Origin: an uncultured Gemmatimonadales bacterium
Lineage (GTDB): Bacteria > Gemmatimonadota > Gemmatimonadetes > Longimicrobiales > Gaopeijiaceae
Assembly (NCBI GenBank): GCA_963823035.1
Contig: CAWGKG010000010.1
Location: 384,001 to 448,000, forward strand
Length of the DNA stretch: 64,000 nt
Direction: 5' to 3'
The notes beneath the pieces are model-generated. The model saw only the letters and a list, made by a program, of their open reading frames with translations. It was not told where the DNA came from and made no database searches. Position 1 is the first letter of the stretch; every line of letters starts with the position of its first letter. The position numbers were made by a program, and so were the translations under genes. Of the stretch, positions 60,615-64,000 are shown one piece after another.

Positions 60615-60999
60615 GTCCGAGCGAACCACGCGAAGCGCAGCAGCCGCTCCAGGAGCCCGACCAGGTCGACGGCCACGGCGCCGTCACCTTTGGGTGGGCA
60701 CCATCCTCGTCATCGCGGTGTGCGCGGCCCTTGCGTTCGTGGCCATCCACCTGACGGAAGCGAACCCCGGCCAGGCATTCCCGGCGCCTCGGGGGAGGGT
60801 GGGCACCGGCGGCCCGCGCACCCTCTACACGACCGAGACGCACGTCACCGGCGCGGACTCGGCGACGCGCGCCCGAATGGACGCCTACGCATGGGTGGAC
60901 CGGACGCACGGGATCGTATCCGTGCCCATCGGTGAAGCCATGCGGATCCTCGCGGGTGACACCACCGCTCCGGACAGCGCGGAGGGGGGTGGACGGTGA
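60611..60999 (+). CDS. Small single-TM protein at the actG position; frameshift near 60690
   Basis: ATGA overlap; TM helix; AYAWVDRTHGIVSVPIGEAM; lies between actF and SCO. Confidence 0.65.
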
Positions 61000-61787
61000 C
61001 GGTCCTCGCGCTCCTCGTGCTCCTCGCGTTCGCCGGCCCGGCCGCTGCCCAGAAGGCGCCGCCGGGCCAGCGGGGCATCGGCGTGGACGAGCATCCCGGC
61101 CGGCGCCTGCCGCTGACCCACAAGTTCATCGACGAGCGGGGGCACGAGGTGCCACTCGGGCGGTTCTTCCGCTCTGACGATGCCCGCCCCGTGCTGGTCG
61201 TGCCCGGCTACTTCCGGTGCAAGATGCTCTGCGGCGTCCTCGCGCCCAGGCTGCTGGCCAACCTCCGCGACGTGGACGGCTGGACTCCGGGCGAGGACTA
61301 CCGCGTCCTGCTCATCAGCATCGACCCCCGGGAAGGCCCGAAGGACGCGGCCGCGCGCCGGGCGCAGGCGCTGGACGGCGACGCGACCGGATGGTCCCTC
61401 CTCACGGGCTCGAAGGAATCGGTGGACGCCTTCGCGGGCGCGCTGGGCTTCCAGTACCGATACGACCCCACGTCGGACCAGTTCGCGCACGCAGCGATCG
61501 TCGTCGCGGTAGCCCCGGACGGAACCATCGCCCGCTACGTATACGGCGTGAATCCGAACCCCGATACGCTCGGGGTGGTGCTCGCCGCCGCGCGCGACAA
61601 GCAGAGCGCCTCATCGCTCCAACAGGTCCTCGTCCGCTGTTTCCTGTTCACGCCCTCGCTGCGCAAGCACGCCTCGCTCATCGCGTCGGCGCTGCGTGCG
61701 GGCGCCGTGGCGATCCTCGTCGGTCTGGCCCTGGTCTTCGTGTTCGCGGCCCGCCGGGCCGCGCGGACGGAGGGGGAGGCATCGTGA
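60996..61787 (+). CDS. SCO family copper chaperone
   Basis: YFRCKMLC (CxxxC), SIDPRE, QFAH. Confidence 0.88.
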   Translation: MTVLALLVLLAFAGPAAAQKAPPGQRGIGVDEHPGRRLPLTHKFIDERGHEVPLGRFFRSDDARPVLVVPGYFRCKMLCGVLAPRLLANLRDVDGWTPGEDYRVLLISIDPREGPKDAAARRAQALDGDATGWSLLTGSKESVDAFAGALGFQYRYDPTSDQFAHAAIVVAVAPDGTIARYVYGVNPNPDTLGVVLAAARDKQSASSLQQVLVRCFLFTPSLRKHASLIASALRAGAVAILVGLALVFVFAARRAARTEGEAS

Positions 61788-62896
61788 ACGGCGGCCCCGG
61801 TACCGGCACCGGCGTGCTCGACTTCGGACGCGGCATCCTGCACTTCCTGCTCGCGTTGCCGCGACAAGCGACGCCCTTCGCCCATCACGTCGACGACCTC
61901 CAGTACGTGCAGATGGTGACGTTCGCGTTGATCGGCCTCGTCGTCTTCGGGTGCACCGGCTGGTTTCTGGTCCGGTGGAGTCGCCGTGGCGTAACGGACG
62001 AGGGGGAGGGGGAGGCGCGGGTCACGCCACGCGTCATCGCGCCGCGCTGGGCGGAGGCGCTCGTCGTCGGGGTTCTGCTGTCGATGTTCCTGGGCTGGTG
62101 GGTCTGGGGCTTCCGTCAGTACGCCGGCGAGCAGGCAGTCCAGGACGATGCCTATGAGATCTACGTCACGGGCAAGCAGTGGATGTGGAAATTCGACTAC
62201 CCGGACGGCCGCACGACCGCCGGGGTCCTCTACGTCCCTCAGGGACGGGACGTCCGCCTCCTGCTCACGTCCCGTGACGTGATCCACTCGTTCTTCGTGC
62301 CCGACTTCCGCATGAAGCAGGATGCGGTGCCGGGTCGGTACTTCTCGATGAGCTTCCGCGTCGACGAGGCTGGCACCCACGACGCGTTCTGTACCGAGTT
62401 CTGTGGGACGGGCCACTCACGGATGTGGGCGCAGGTGGTCGTGCTGAGTCCGGCCGACTTCGAGCGGTGGGTCTCCACCGGACAGGCCCCCCCGCAGGAC
62501 ACGGGTCCCGTCGGGGAGCCGTCGGTGCTCACCACCGAGCAGACCCCGCGCGGCCGCTCGCTTCCCCGTGGGTCGTTGGCGGATCGGGGGCGGCAGGTCG
62601 CCGCCGACCTGGGGTGCTCAGGGTGCCACTCGGCGGATGGCCGGGAGGTTACCGGGCCCACCTGGAAGAACCTCTGGCACCGCTGGGAGCACCTCGCGAG
62701 CGGGGACAGCGTCCGGGTGGACCCGGCCTACATCACCGAGTCGATGATGGACCCCATGGCCAAGCTCGTGGCCGGGTTCGAGCCGGTCATGCCGTCTTTC
62801 CAGGGGCAGGCGGATCCGGCCCAGGTGGCAGCGATCGTCGAGTACATCCGGTCCCTCTCCTCGGAGGGTCGGGACAGCCAGGAGGAGGGACGATGA
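61784..62896 (+). CDS. coxB: Cytochrome c oxidase subunit II with fused cytochrome c (caa3-type)
   Basis: [23 protein letters not shown]uA site; C-terminal CSGCH. Confidence 0.93.
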   Translation: MNGGPGTGTGVLDFGRGILHFLLALPRQATPFAHHVDDLQYVQMVTFALIGLVVFGCTGWFLVRWSRRGVTDEGEGEARVTPRVIAPRWAEALVVGVLLSMFLGWWVWGFRQYAGEQAVQDDAYEIYVTGKQWMWKFDYPDGRTTAGVLYVPQGRDVRLLLTSRDVIHSFFVPDFRMKQDAVPGRYFSMSFRVDEAGTHDAFCTEFCGTGHSRMWAQVVVLSPADFERWVSTGQAPPQDTGPVGEPSVLTTEQTPRGRSLPRGSLADRGRQVAADLGCSGCHSADGREVTGPTWKNLWHRWEHLASGDSVRVDPAYITESMMDPMAKLVAGFEPVMPSFQGQADPAQVAAIVEYIRSLSSEGRDSQEEGR

Positions 62897-64000
62897 CCGG
62901 AGCCACGCTCGAGAGAACCTCCGCCGCCGGGACGGGGTCGCCCCGTCCGGAGCCCTACTGGTCCGGCGCCACGGTGTCGTCCTGGCTGACCAGCACCGAT
63001 CACAAGAAGATCGGGATCATGTATCTGGTGGCCGTCTGCCTCTTCCTTGCGCTCGGTGGCACCTTCGCGCTGCTCATCCGGGTCGAACACCTGACGCCGG
63101 GGCCGACGATCGTCGACGCGCAGACCTACGACAAGCTCTTCACGCTACATGGCGTGGTGATGGTCTGGCTCTTCATGATCCCGTCGATCCCCAGCGCGTT
63201 CGGCAACTTCCTGCTCCCGCTCATGATCGGCGCGAAGGACGTGGCCTTTCCGAGGCTGAACCTGGCCAGCTTCTGGATCTATGTGCTCGGCGCAGTGCAT
63301 CGTCCTGTACGCGGTCGTGACCGGCGCCGCGGACACGGGGTGGACGTTCTACCCGCCCTATTCGACCGGGTCGCCGACGCAGGTCGTGCCGATGGTGCTC
63401 GGCGTCTTCGTGCTTGGCATCAGCTCGATCCTGACGGGCATCAACTTCATCGTCACGACCCACACGTTGCGGGGGAAGGGGCTCGGCTGGAACAAGCTCC
63501 CGATCTTCGTGTGGACGATCTACGCGACGGCCGTCATCCAGGTGCTCGCCACCCCGGTCCTCGCCATCACGCTTCTGCTCGTCGGGGTCGACCACTGGTT
63601 CGCGTTCGGCCTCTTCGACGCGAGCGCGGGTGGCGACCCCATCCTGTACCAGCACCTGTTCTGGTTCTACTCGCACCCGGCGGTCTACATCATGATCCTG
63701 CCCGCGATGGGCGTGATGGCCGAGGTCGTGTCGACGTTCAGCCACAAGAACTACTTCTCCTACTCCGGGCTCGTGGTCTCGTCGCTGGGGATCGCCTTCG
63801 TGGGCTTCCTGACCTGGGGCCACCACATGTTCGTGGCGGGGATGAGCGGCGTCGACGTGGCGTTCTTCGGCATTCTCTCCATGCTCGTCGCCATCTTCAG
63901 CGCCATCAAGGTATTCACCTGGGTCGGAACGCTCTACAAGGGCGACATCTGGGTGCGCACACCGCTGATCTACTTCCTTCAGTTCCTCTTCCTGTTCGGG
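62893..64000 (+). CDS. coxA: Cytochrome c oxidase subunit I (runs off the window; frameshift near 63295)
   Basis: [59 protein letters not shown] (A2-type YS motif), WGHHMF. Confidence 0.93.
   Translation, partial: MTGATLERTSAAGTGSPRPEPYWSGATVSSWLTSTDHKKIGIMYLVAVCLFLALGGTFALLIRVEHLTPGPTIVDAQTYDKLFTLHGVVMVWLFMIPSIPSAFGNFLLPLMIGAKDVAFPRLNLASFWIYVLGAVHRPVRGRDRRRGHGVDVLPALFDRVADAGRADGARRLRAWHQLDPDGHQLHRHDPHVAGEGARLEQAPDLRVDDLRDGRHPGARHPGPRHHASARRGRPLVRVRPLRRERGWRPHPVPAPVLVLLAPGGLHHDPARDGRDGRGRVDVQPQELLLLLRARGLVAGDRLRGLPDLGPPHVRGGDERRRRGVLRHSLHARRHLQRHQGIHLGRNALQGRHLGAHTADLLPSVPLPVR

Noticed and set aside
1..64000. CRISPR arrays, rRNA, transposases, integrases, phage or defence genes
   Set aside because: No regularly spaced repeats or recognisable motifs of these classes were seen

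Overview
GC-rich bacterial chromosomal window. The gene content suggests Gemmatimonadota or a similar diderm lineage (inference). Many isolated single-base frameshifts in otherwise intact genes look like long-read consensus errors. Left part (1-23.2 kb): ilvE, an SDR, a cupin, a Tat-exported GH127, PadR plus a duplicated ABC permease, msrB and icd. It also holds a sigma54 two-component system in front of an uncharacterised envelope operon (internally repeated lipoprotein, beta-barrel-cupredoxin fusion, cupredoxin lipoprotein), an acyl-CoA dehydrogenase, a ~20-heme NapC/NrfH-type cytochrome cluster, OsmC and tRNA-Lys(CTT). Middle (23.4-52.7 kb): a mosaic general-stress/osmotic region with csbD, cls, FNT, an AlgB-like sigma54 activator, DoxX, an epimerase-VKOR-SPW triad, GH100 invertase, tal-pgi/gnd/zwf/glk, pfpI, dodecin, a ferritin-like gene, a pox-like gene and kup. 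Many of its transcription units are preceded by a sigma54 -24/-12 promoter, and it carries duplication scars and gene remnants. Right (53.1-64 kb): alternative complex III (actABCDEF, G-like) with SCO and a caa3-type oxidase, also behind a sigma54 promoter. Best candidates for an undescribed system are the sigma54-controlled putative copper-handling envelope operon (10.3-16.9 kb) and the sigma54-wired stress regulon that extends into ACIII.
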